This document shows positions 51,384-60,151 of a stretch of 64,000 nucleotides of DNA, one piece after another. The notes under the pieces are model-generated. The model saw only the letters and a program-made list of their open reading frames with translations, did no database searches and was not told where the DNA came from. The translations under genes were made by a program, and so were the position numbers. The DNA lies in IMG/VR virus record IMGVR_UViG_3300037258_000590, positions 146,384 to 210,383 of that record; one strand, written 5' to 3'. Numbering within the stretch: position 1 is the stretch's first letter; each line of letters begins with the position of its first letter.

Positions 51384-52645
51384 GAGCTGTCCGGCCACGC
51401 CTGGAACGGCTCAACGGCCTTGGCTTCGATCGGCACGCCGAAGATGTCTTCGAACTGCTGGTTGTGCATGCATTCCTGCAGTACCAGGCGCGCCTCGGCG
51501 GCTTCGGCAGCGGGCACGAACATGAACAGCTCGTCATGGATGGGCAGAATCGGGTACCTACCCCACCGGGTCTGGCCCCAGCGCAGTGCACCATCCACGA
51601 GGATTTCCCGGGCCGTTCCTTGTATACCATAATTACCAGCTGCGTGCGGACGGCCTTCCGGCAGCCATATAGTCCGGCCAGAATACGCTTTAAAAGCCCG
51701 GTTACCGGCTTTTACGTATGCGCGCATCTGCTGGTCCCAGTCGGTGAACACCGGGGCTATCTGCGCGAACGCGTAATGAATGGCGGCCCCGGATTCAACC
51801 GGAATCCCGACCTGCCGGGCACCTGATTCTGCTCCCCCGCCGAACATTTTACTGAAGATCACGCGTTTGCAGTTATACCGGTCTTCGACAGTGGCGTCTG
51901 GGCCGAATGCCATTCTCGCGGCCATCCAGTGCAGGCCCTTCTGGTTTTTCCCGCAAGCCTGCGGGTCGCACGGGTCGTGCCCGCAAGCCTGGCACCGGGT
52001 GGACAGCTCGGCGGCGAGGAGACCCATGTCACCGGACAGGGCAGCCCCGACCCGGATTTCCACGCCTGCGAAGTCGGCACTGATCCCGGCCATGGGCACG
52101 CCCCAGGGGCTGGTGTGCTCGTCGTCGGCGGTGACGCAGGCCCGGATACCGCCCTGGCGGCTGAACTGCATGCCGTTCGGACGTCGGCAGCTACATCGGC
52201 CAGTGTCGGCTTCCAGTGTGTAAACGGTAGGGCGCATCCGGCTGTCGCCGCGTTCGCACAGCAGGTTCAGCGGTTCGAGCAGCAGCCCCAGGGTCGTGAC
52301 GTCATGCCGGTATTCCAGGATCTGGCGCAGCAGCTCGGCGTGCTCGTAACCGGGATCGCCGGCCAGGCGTTCCAGTTCGCCCTTAGCCGCGGACAGGTTG
52401 CCGGCTTTGGTCGTGCCGAGCGGGACGCCGAGCGCGACCAGGGCGGCGGGAACCTCTTTGGTGGATGACGGATTGCTGATGGCGGGACACAGCTGGGTGA
52501 CCCGGGCCTGGGCGGTGTCCCGGGCGGCGGCGTACTCGGCGATCTTGGCGCCGGTGTGGTGATGATCGAGCCTGAACCCGGTCAGGGCGACCCGGGCGCA
52601 CATGGCCTGGAACTGCCGTTCACGCCGGAGCACGTCAACGCCCAT
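51380..52645 (-). CDS. DNA polymerase family A, polymerase domain only
   Basis: TGR.S...PN.MQ; motif A ADFAGVEIR; motif B R...K...F..MFGGG; NY.IQGTA; motif C IHDEL; own GGAG SD. Confidence 0.85.
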   Translation of the reverse strand: MGVDVLRRERQFQAMCARVALTGFRLDHHHTGAKIAEYAAARDTAQARVTQLCPAISNPSSTKEVPAALVALGVPLGTTKAGNLSAAKGELERLAGDPGYEHAELLRQILEYRHDVTTLGLLLEPLNLLCERGDSRMRPTVYTLEADTGRCSCRRPNGMQFSRQGGIRACVTADDEHTSPWGVPMAGISADFAGVEIRVGAALSGDMGLLAAELSTRCQACGHDPCDPQACGKNQKGLHWMAARMAFGPDATVEDRYNCKRVIFSKMFGGGAESGARQVGIPVESGAAIHYAFAQIAPVFTDWDQQMRAYVKAGNRAFKAYSGRTIWLPEGRPHAAGNYGIQGTAREILVDGALRWGQTRWGRYPILPIHDELFMFVPAAEAAEARLVLQECMHNQQFEDIFGVPIEAKAVEPFQAWPDSS

Positions 52646-52658
52646 AACTGGTCTCCGT

Positions 52659-55600
52659 TCAGCCGGCCGGGGGACGGGGGAGCACGCGGAGCACGGCGGC
52701 CAGGTCCAGGACGTCGGATCCGGCGTAGCGCAGGAACGTCTCGCAGTTCTTGCGGACCTGGGCCCAGCCGGAACGCTCCAGCGGGGTCTGCGGCTTGGTT
52801 TCCACGAGCCAGCCGCCGGTTTTGAACAGGGCGTTCTTGGCGACTTCAGCGGGCGGACTGACGGCATACGGGCCGAGCAGGTCGGCGGAGAGTTTCTTCA
52901 GCTGGCTTTCGTCCGATCCTGCCAGGGCCGGATCGGCGAGCTTGGCGATAAGCACGGAGTCCACCATCCGGTCCCACAGCGAGTCCGCGTCGGCCAGGCC
53001 GGCCCAGGCCAGCGGGATCAGGTCGGCGATTGCGGAATGGGCGTGCAGCGTGCGTGCCTGGGCGAGCAGCCCGCGGACCGCTTCGGCTTGCGCCGGGTCA
53101 TCGGGGTCGAAGACGGCGGCCACGTGCTCGCCGCCCGCCTGGATCAGCCGGAGCTTGTATTCGACGCGGCCCGGCCCGAATCCGGTGTGCTCCACGTCCA
53201 CGCACAGCCCGTCCAGGTACTGGCTAGCCAGCAGGACCGCCTCATCCGGCGTGCACGGCACCACGAGCGGCGGGCCGCCTGCCGGGTCACGCGCCACGAT
53301 GACCGGCAGCTGGTGCACCGGGCCTTCAGCGGCGGCCAGCTTCGCGGCTTTTTCCGCGGCCTTGCGAAGCTGGGCGCGGGCCTTAGCCGTTCCGGCGGCG
53401 GGCTCGGTAACCGCCGGTGAAGTAACAGCCAGTGACGACCCCGGGTTTTCCGCCGCGGGGGGGTCCGGCACCGGCTCTATGGAGGGATGGGGGGTATGGG
53501 GGGTTGAGCCCTTACCCCCCTGCATGTGCGTGTGTGTGTGCGTGTGTGTGTGCGCGCGTGTGTGCGCTATAAAGGTTGACTTACCTTCCATACCCTCCAT
53601 ATGGATAGTTTCATGGATGGTTTGACCTGCAGTATTTCCGTTCATGGATGGTTGAGGAGAAGGTCCTGAACCATCCATGAACCCTCCATTTTCAGGTTCA
53701 GACCCTCCATGCGGACGAGCAGAACCACCGCTCGCGCCGCTCAGCGCGGCCGGTCCCGGCATGAAAACCTGCGGAGGCCTGATCCGGAGGAATCTGTAGT
53801 TCGCATCCGTCCGTTTATATGGGGGGTAGCCCAGTTCGGTCAGCCGCCGTCCCCAGCGTGTTTCCGAGGGCATCGTCGCCGGATTCACCTGCATGCTGCG
53901 GCAACTCTCCGTGAACGCTCGGTAGAGATCGCGGCTCCTGGTGCCGCGCCCGGAGTCCTCGCATTCCTCCCGCAGCCAGCTCAGCACGAGATCCTGACTG
54001 GTCATGATCTCCAGGGCTGCCTGGGCCGCAGAATCTGGCGCAGCCTCGTTCCCGGCGCTGTGCGGGTCGGCCAGCCAGCGGGCGGCCTCGATCATCATGA
54101 GGGCCAGCACGCCGGGGGCCTCAGCCCGCCACGGGGCCCCGTGCTCCGCGCCGATCGCGGCCCTGGCCGCCCGGACCGCGCCCGGGTTGCCGTCGCACGG
54201 GATCAGCCGGACCCGGCGGCGGATCGCCGCGTCGGTCAGCACCGGCTCGTGCTCTGGGTTCGCGGTCAGGATCAGCGTGTGCGTGGTGGGAAACGTGATC
54301 GGGTTCTCCCCCATCCGGTTGCCGGTCAGGTCGGCCCCGCCGGTAATCTGCTTCAGCCGCTCGGTAGCCAGCGACCCGGTGCGCGGCGCCTCATCGATGA
54401 ATGACAGCCGCCGCCCGCGCAGCGCGTACACGATCGAGGCGTGCGACCGGTCAGCCGGGGCGAGCAGCCGGGCGTCGGCCACGTGGGCGTAGCTGCCCAG
54501 CACCGACATGAGCAGCATGAGGATGCTGGTCTTGCCTTTATCCGTATCGCCGAGCAGGATGGGCAGCGCCTTGTCTGAATAGCCGGTGAACGAGATGGCC
54601 AGGATGCGCAGCGCCCAGGCCCGCACCGCGGCATCTGGCCAGACCGCGGCCAGGAACGTCTCCCACAGCGGGACCGGCCGCAGTTCCGGGACGACGCCCG
54701 CGCTGTGCAGGTGCGGCGTCCCCGGATCGGTCCACCGCGAGACCGCCGGACCCTGGTCCGAGTTCCGCAGGTCGTACGGGCGCCCGCCCGCCCACAGGAT
54801 CTCCCGTTCGGTGTCCAGCGCGGCCAGCTCCACCGCGGAGGGGTGCTGCCCGGCGGCGACCTGCGCGTTCATTTTCCCGGCGACCGCGTTGGCCGAGGTG
54901 TTGCTCATGAACCGCTTGCGCCGCTCGGCCTGCAGCCGCGGCGGGCTGCCCTGGGCCGCATCCGGGTCGCCGGGCGGCATGAGCACGCTCACCAGGTCGA
55001 CGCCCCATTTGGCCAGGTCGCCTTTGATCACGTCCCATTTACCCGGGCCGCGCCTGATCCACGCGCCGGCGTCGGGAGCGTAGCGCAGTACCGGCCAGGT
55101 CCGGCCCAGCACCTCACGGCCCAGCATCCCGTCCAGCCCGGACTGCGGGTCGAACGGGGTGATGCCGATGCCGTCGTCGCCCCACGGTGACCAGGACTGC
55201 GGCTCCTCGGGCGGCGGGGGCAGCTCGTCGTCATCGGTGCCCGGCGGGACGTCCGGGGCAGGCGGCGCGAACCGGGGCAGCCCGCGCCCGAACACCCGGC
55301 ACGGATCGGTTGCCTGCGGGACCGCGCCGTGAGCGGTAACCGCCTTGCGCGCGGCGGTGGTGATCATCTCCGTGAACTCGGCGTGCCGGTCCCGGCCTTC
55401 CCCGGCGGTCATCTCGTTCCACAGCGTTTCCAGCTGCGCGATGACAGTGCCGTAGCCGCCGTGGCCTTCGGCGCTCAGCTGGACCAGCTCGTAGATGCTC
55501 CTGGTCATCAGGTCGTGCCGGGAACCCGGCTGCACGGCCGTGACCTCAGCCAGCGCCGCCGCCGCCGCGTGCGCCATGTCGGTGCACACCTGCCCGGCTT

Positions 55601-56273
55601 CGGCGTTCAGGTAATCCAGCAGCTGCCCGGCTTCTCCGGGGCTGGCCGCGGCCGGGCTCGGTGCCGCGGCGCCCTCAGCCAGGCCGGCGACCCAGCTTTC
55701 CGGCAGGGCGGCCAGCTCACCCGGGCGGGGAACCCTGCCTTCCAGCCGTACGCCGTCCGGGCCGTACCACGCGTACGCCGTGCCGGTCTCGTAGTGCGGT
55801 GACGGCGCGACGACGGCGTAGCGGTGATGCCGCTGGATGATCTCCGCATCAGGGCCGAGCTGGGCGGCGTAGCGCCGGGGCGGCACCCGGAAGAACCAGA
55901 TGCGGCTGGGCTGGCCCTGACCCCGCGCGGTGGAGGAGTACGTCGGCGGCAGCACTCCCCACTCGGTGATCCTGGCCGCCAGGGTGGCCGCGCCGTGCTT
56001 CGCGGCGCCGCCCTTGACGTACTCATCGACGTCGATGCCGATCACGCCGTCCGGCATCCGGAGCGCGATCGAGGCACCTGGCTGCTGTTCCGCCCAGTCC
56101 GCGATGTCTTCGGGTGCGGTGTCGCGGCCGTCCGCCCCGGTGAAGCCGCCGGGCGGCGGGAACTTGGCTTCCGGCGGCACCGGGATCACGCATTTCCACC
56201 CGGCCAGGAAATAATCCGCGCACGCGCTTTCGTATACTCCGGCTGGCGGGGCGAGGTTCTGAGCGTCGTTCAC
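52659..56273 (-). CDS. PrimPol + D5-like SF3 helicase + 3'-5' exonuclease fusion
   Basis: N-terminal IGIDVD primase motif; central GDTDKGKT, FIDE, LKQITGG; C-terminal CVDVEHTG, AHSAIAD, YAGSD exo motifs. Confidence 0.82.
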   Translation of the reverse strand: MNDAQNLAPPAGVYESACADYFLAGWKCVIPVPPEAKFPPPGGFTGADGRDTAPEDIADWAEQQPGASIALRMPDGVIGIDVDEYVKGGAAKHGAATLAARITEWGVLPPTYSSTARGQGQPSRIWFFRVPPRRYAAQLGPDAEIIQRHHRYAVVAPSPHYETGTAYAWYGPDGVRLEGRVPRPGELAALPESWVAGLAEGAAAPSPAAASPGEAGQLLDYLNAEAGQVCTDMAHAAAAALAEVTAVQPGSRHDLMTRSIYELVQLSAEGHGGYGTVIAQLETLWNEMTAGEGRDRHAEFTEMITTAARKAVTAHGAVPQATDPCRVFGRGLPRFAPPAPDVPPGTDDDELPPPPEEPQSWSPWGDDGIGITPFDPQSGLDGMLGREVLGRTWPVLRYAPDAGAWIRRGPGKWDVIKGDLAKWGVDLVSVLMPPGDPDAAQGSPPRLQAERRKRFMSNTSANAVAGKMNAQVAAGQHPSAVELAALDTEREILWAGGRPYDLRNSDQGPAVSRWTDPGTPHLHSAGVVPELRPVPLWETFLAAVWPDAAVRAWALRILAISFTGYSDKALPILLGDTDKGKTSILMLLMSVLGSYAHVADARLLAPADRSHASIVYALRGRRLSFIDEAPRTGSLATERLKQITGGADLTGNRMGENPITFPTTHTLILTANPEHEPVLTDAAIRRRVRLIPCDGNPGAVRAARAAIGAEHGAPWRAEAPGVLALMMIEAARWLADPHSAGNEAAPDSAAQAALEIMTSQDLVLSWLREECEDSGRGTRSRDLYRAFTESCRSMQVNPATMPSETRWGRRLTELGYPPYKRTDANYRFLRIRPPQVFMPGPAALSGASGGSARPHGGSEPENGGFMDGSGPSPQPSMNGNTAGQTIHETIHMEGMEGKSTFIAHTRAHTHTHTHTHMQGGKGSTPHTPHPSIEPVPDPPAAENPGSSLAVTSPAVTEPAAGTAKARAQLRKAAEKAAKLAAAEGPVHQLPVIVARDPAGGPPLVVPCTPDEAVLLASQYLDGLCVDVEHTGFGPGRVEYKLRLIQAGGEHVAAVFDPDDPAQAEAVRGLLAQARTLHAHSAIADLIPLAWAGLADADSLWDRMVDSVLIAKLADPALAGSDESQLKKLSADLLGPYAVSPPAEVAKNALFKTGGWLVETKPQTPLERSGWAQVRKNCETFLRYAGSDVLDLAAVLRVLPRPPAG
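53478..53711. promoter_or_regulatory. putative replication origin: iteron-like repeats in a low-GC patch
   Basis: about 9 CC(A/C/T)TCCAT / ATGGA(T/G)GG units in both orientations; 13-bp inverted repeat 53641-53653/53669-53681; (TG)n tract. Confidence 0.5.
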
Positions 56274-56442
56274 AGGGCCCCCGGGCTCTGGCAGGAATAG
56301 GACCTGTCCCGGCGGGGTATCGTGTATACGCTAGATTCCTCGCAGGGAAGGATGTTCCGGGCACTTACCGGCCGGGACCCGCAACGGCAGTGGCGAATCC
56401 CGGCCGGCCCGGATCCTGGTCCGCGCGCCCTCGGCGTGATCG

Positions 56443-56661
56443 TCACCGGCCGCTCCCCGCCTTCGCCTGCTGCCTGGATGTTCCCGGCTCCGGCTGGAGC
56501 TGCGTGTACGCGTCGCGGCGGTCCGCGTGCAGGTAATCCCAGAGCACGTGCCCGGTCCGGCTCACGCACGGCATCCCTGCTCGCGCCTGGCAGTACCAGC
56601 AGGGCACCGCCGCGATGATCGCCGCCCGGCTCTGCGCAGCCCGCGACGGGTACCTAGCCAT
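56443..56661 (-). CDS. small phage Zn-finger protein
   Basis: CWYCQA.AG.PC...H..RR. Confidence 0.6.
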   Translation of the reverse strand: MARYPSRAAQSRAAIIAAVPCWYCQARAGMPCVSRTGHVLWDYLHADRRDAYTQLQPEPGTSRQQAKAGSGR

Positions 56662-56670
56662 CAGCTCCCC

Positions 56671-56752
56671 GCCTTCGCCTTCGCCTTCGCCTTCGCCTTC
56701 GCCTTCGCCTTCGCCTTCGCCTTCGCCTTCGCCTTCGCCTTCGCCTTCGCCT
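56671..56752. repeat. (GCCTTC)13 microsatellite
   Basis: direct count; encodes (AK)n tail of 56661..56879 (-). Confidence 0.95.
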
Positions 56753-56878
56753 GCTGCCTGGATGTTCCCGGCTCCGGCCGGAACAGCACGCGGCAGCGCG
56801 GGCACCAGATCTTGCCGCAGTCCGGGCACCGCCACCAGCCGGCCGCGGCGTATGTCCCGCACTCACGGTGAACAGTCA

Positions 56879-57388
56879 TCAGCTCCTCGCCTCCCGGGCC
56901 GTGCGCCACACCGCGGACAGCGGGTCGGGCAGCCCGCATTCCTCGCAGGCGGTAAACAGTGCATGACGCGCGGCATCACGGGCGTCGGTGAATTTCTCGG
57001 TCGGGGCGGCCAGGCCCGCCACGGCCAGGCGCCGGCCGGTGGCCCAGGGCTTGACCAGCCCGGCGGGCCTGGCCCGGACCGGCACCCCGGCACCCGCGAG
57101 CACCACGGTCAGCTCGGAGATCACCGCGTTCATCGCGGCGGTACTGACCCCGCGCAGGGACTGGGACCGGCCCCTGGCCACGAACGCCTCTATCCCGGCC
57201 GCGCGTACCAGGCGCCCGTACGGCGTGCTCAGCAGCAGCGCCAGCAGCTTCGGGGCCATGCTCGCGGTGCATTCCAGGGCCAGGCACTCAGCAAGCTCCA
57301 GGGACTCGCGATCCCAGGCGGCCAGCAGCAGCCCGGTGGTCGGGCCCGGGTCGGCACCCAGGACCGCCACCTCGCGGACGCCTGCCAT
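56879..57388 (-). CDS. RuvC-like Holliday junction resolvase
   Basis: VLGADPG.TTG, IEAF, DARDAARHAL. Confidence 0.7.
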   Translation of the reverse strand: MAGVREVAVLGADPGPTTGLLLAAWDRESLELAECLALECTASMAPKLLALLLSTPYGRLVRAAGIEAFVARGRSQSLRGVSTAAMNAVISELTVVLAGAGVPVRARPAGLVKPWATGRRLAVAGLAAPTEKFTDARDAARHALFTACEECGLPDPLSAVWRTAREARS

Positions 57389-58260
57389 CAGTGCATCACC
57401 GCCACGATGGTCAGGGCGGCCACGAGCCAGAACAGCACGGCGGACAGCAGCACGGCCAGCCGCGGGTCCGGGTACGGGTACGGGTAAGCAGGGCCGCCGC
57501 ACCGCCGGCAGCTCCCGTCGCTGATGAACCGCTGCCGCCTGCCGCCGTGATCGCAGGTACCCGCCAGCCGCGTAAAACCGGGCGCTGACCGTGACGCGTG
57601 CCGGACCTGCGGCGCCGGGGGCACCGTGATGACCCCGCCGGGCAGGTCGCCGGTCAGCGTGATCAGCTCACCGTAGGTTGCCGCGGACGCTGCCGCCTCG
57701 ATCCGCTCGTCCAGCTCGCCGGTGCCCAGCCGCCCGTCTCCCGCGGCCTGCCGCAGCAGCTCGATCACGTTGTCGCGATCCGCATGCGATACGCGCAGCG
57801 CGGCGCCGGGCACCGTCCCGGCTGGCTCAGGCGCTTGCTGCCTTGCGGGCTGCTCAGGCCCGGCTGACGCGGTTACGGCGATAGTCCTGGCGTGCGCTAC
57901 GGTACCCTGGCCGCCGTGCGCGGTGACCGTGACGCTGTTCCCGGCGAACACGGAGCTGGCACCTGCGGCTTCCACGGCGCTGGCGGGGCGGGGTTCGCGG
58001 TACGCCGGGAATGCCGGGCAGCCCGGGGCGTGGGCCAGGTTCACCTGGAAGGACCCTCTCGCCTCCTGGACGTACACCTGCGGTGAGCAGGCACAGCCGG
58101 GTGCCGCGGCGCAGGCGGCGATCCCGGCGAGTGTCACCGTGTAACCCCGCGGGTCCGGGAAGCTTCCGGCCTGAGCCGCAGGTACCCAGACGCCAGGCCG
58201 TACCTCGGTTACTTCTAGCAGGGAGCTGCCGTCCGGGGACTGCAGGTAGTGCGGGATCAT
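57388..58260 (-). CDS. DUF1707 (SHOCT-like) domain membrane protein
   Basis: LRVSHADRD.V...L..A..DGRL...E..ER..AA..A.T.GEL..L..DLP; C-terminal TM helix. Confidence 0.75.
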   Translation of the reverse strand: MIPHYLQSPDGSSLLEVTEVRPGVWVPAAQAGSFPDPRGYTVTLAGIAACAAAPGCACSPQVYVQEARGSFQVNLAHAPGCPAFPAYREPRPASAVEAAGASSVFAGNSVTVTAHGGQGTVAHARTIAVTASAGPEQPARQQAPEPAGTVPGAALRVSHADRDNVIELLRQAAGDGRLGTGELDERIEAAASAATYGELITLTGDLPGGVITVPPAPQVRHASRSAPGFTRLAGTCDHGGRRQRFISDGSCRRCGGPAYPYPYPDPRLAVLLSAVLFWLVAALTIVAVMH

Positions 58261-58571
58261 GTTCCTATACCTCTATTCCCCAGGCCGGCGTGCCAGGCTT
58301 CCCGTACGGCCCGCACCTCGGCGGCCGGGAACCGGGACCGGATACCGATGAGCCGGCAGCGCGGCGCACGGCGAGCGCGATCACAGCGCGCCCCCGGGCG
58401 CTGCGCCGGAGCAGCAGGTGCCGCAGACCGCTGATCCTGACGCGCCATGGCACGCGCACCCGCCGTCACAGCCCTTGAAGACGATTTTCGGCCCCGGGCA
58501 GGCGTGGCAGCCGCTGTCGCGGGGCTCACCGCATACCGGGCAGATCTGCGGGTCCCGCGGCGGGGCCATGG

Positions 58572-59696
58572 TCATAGTTCCTCCCCGGCGGACGTGACCG
58601 GTGGTGATCCGGGCTGAGCCGGGACCCGGCTGCGTGCCTTGGCCAGCGCTTTGAGGAACACGCACCAGGTCTCGTCCGGGTCCTTGGTGATCGACTGGAT
58701 GCCCAGCAGCCCGGCCACGACGGTATCGCCCAGCTCACCCAGGATGGTGCTGTCGTCGCCGGTGACGCCTTTGCGCGGGTTGCCCCCGGAAGCCAGGTTC
58801 AGCGCGTCTACGGCCTCCTGGCCTTCGGAGGCAGGACCGCCCGCGATCCGCCGCCACCGGTTGGCCAGCTTGCTGGCCGGGTGGTCGCCCCGGTAGATCT
58901 CCGGTGCGGCGGCGTCCAGGTGCGCGTCGACAAGATCGATGTCGGCCAGGATGGCGCTGATGCCAGGGTCGCGCCAGGGCCCGGCCAGGCCGGGGTCAGC
59001 CGCCCAGGGCCCGGCCAGGCCGGGGTCAGCCGCCCAGGGCCGCGCAGGGGTGCCGGAGATCTGCCGCGCCCAGTCCGCGAGCAGTCCCGGGACGGTCAGG
59101 TCTGCTTCGGTGCGGCCGTCTTCGCTGCAGAAGGCGTGGCACGGGTCGTGCAGCGGCTGGACAGCGCAGTTGGCCCCTCCGGTGTGGGTCAGCCCCGCTG
59201 CGCTGTCCGCTCCTGGCGGAAGCTGGCTGGCGGGCAGGTCATCGAACTGCGCCGGCTCGGGCGACGAGCGCCGCCGGGCGCGGGCAGCTTCCGGACCGGG
59301 GCACCGGACCGGGAGGGCGCGTGCTGGCGGCCACGGCTCGATCCGGAACCCGCCGGGCCCGGCCCTGAGCTGGTGATCACCGATGACGTACCGGTAGCCC
59401 TGGCCGGGCACGCCCGCGATCTCGGCCGCGTGCCCGGCTGCCTCCCGGTCGTAGCCGAGCCGCCGCAGTTCGATGACGGCCTGCTCGGCGCCCATCTCCA
59501 GCAGCGTGCCGGCCGGAGCCCCGGTGCCGTCGCCTGTCCAGGCCTGCGGGGTCAGCTGGAACCCGTTTTCCTCGTCCCAGGTGAGCAGGTGCCGCGCTAG
59601 CGGGCAGCGGCCGGTTTCCATGGCGGCCTGCATGTGCCGGGCGCTGCGGCTGTAGCCGCGGCGGCGCAGCGCGTCGATCGTATCGGCGGCGTTCAC
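58572..59696 (-). CDS. protein with C-terminal MazG-like nucleotide pyrophosphohydrolase domain
   Basis: E..EA..A....G.NPRKG...ELGD; GTGA overlap start; internal 30-bp tandem (PWAADPGLAG) at 58974-59041. Confidence 0.6.
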   Translation of the reverse strand: MNAADTIDALRRRGYSRSARHMQAAMETGRCPLARHLLTWDEENGFQLTPQAWTGDGTGAPAGTLLEMGAEQAVIELRRLGYDREAAGHAAEIAGVPGQGYRYVIGDHQLRAGPGGFRIEPWPPARALPVRCPGPEAARARRRSSPEPAQFDDLPASQLPPGADSAAGLTHTGGANCAVQPLHDPCHAFCSEDGRTEADLTVPGLLADWARQISGTPARPWAADPGLAGPWAADPGLAGPWRDPGISAILADIDLVDAHLDAAAPEIYRGDHPASKLANRWRRIAGGPASEGQEAVDALNLASGGNPRKGVTGDDSTILGELGDTVVAGLLGIQSITKDPDETWCVFLKALAKARSRVPAQPGSPPVTSAGEEL

Positions 59697-60127
59697 GGGG
59701 CCTGCCTTTGCGTGTAGTCGCGGCACCAGATCGTGATTTCCATGGTGAATACGGTCCGCCCCGCGGAGGTGCGGGCGGACACGGAACCTTCGCAGACGAT
59801 CACCAGGTCCGCGTCCGCGCCGTACAGGAGCTGCCCGGCGGTCAGGGCGTTCTCGCGCAGGCCCGGCAGGCTGGCCGCGCTGGCCGTCACGATCAGGACG
59901 TGCGGCCCGGCCTGCCTGGTCTCCAGCTGGAATGTGCGGGCGCCGTGCTCGTACTGCACGTCGTGCTGGCCGAGCGTGAACGAGCCGTGCTCCCGGGCTC
60001 TGGCTGGCGCTTCGCGGGCCAGGCCCGGGTCGTAGCCCAGGCGGGCCAGCGCGATGGTGATCTCGGCCGCGCACAAGCCTGCGCGGGCTGCCGGGAAGCC
60101 CGCGGCAAGATCTGTCACCCTGTTCAT
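59693..60127 (-). CDS. hypothetical protein
   Basis: GACAGGAG SD on the - strand. Confidence 0.65.
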   Translation of the reverse strand: MNRVTDLAAGFPAARAGLCAAEITIALARLGYDPGLAREAPARAREHGSFTLGQHDVQYEHGARTFQLETRQAGPHVLIVTASAASLPGLRENALTAGQLLYGADADLVIVCEGSVSARTSAGRTVFTMEITIWCRDYTQRQAP

Positions 60128-60151
60128 GATCGTCTCCTGTCTGGTGTCCTG

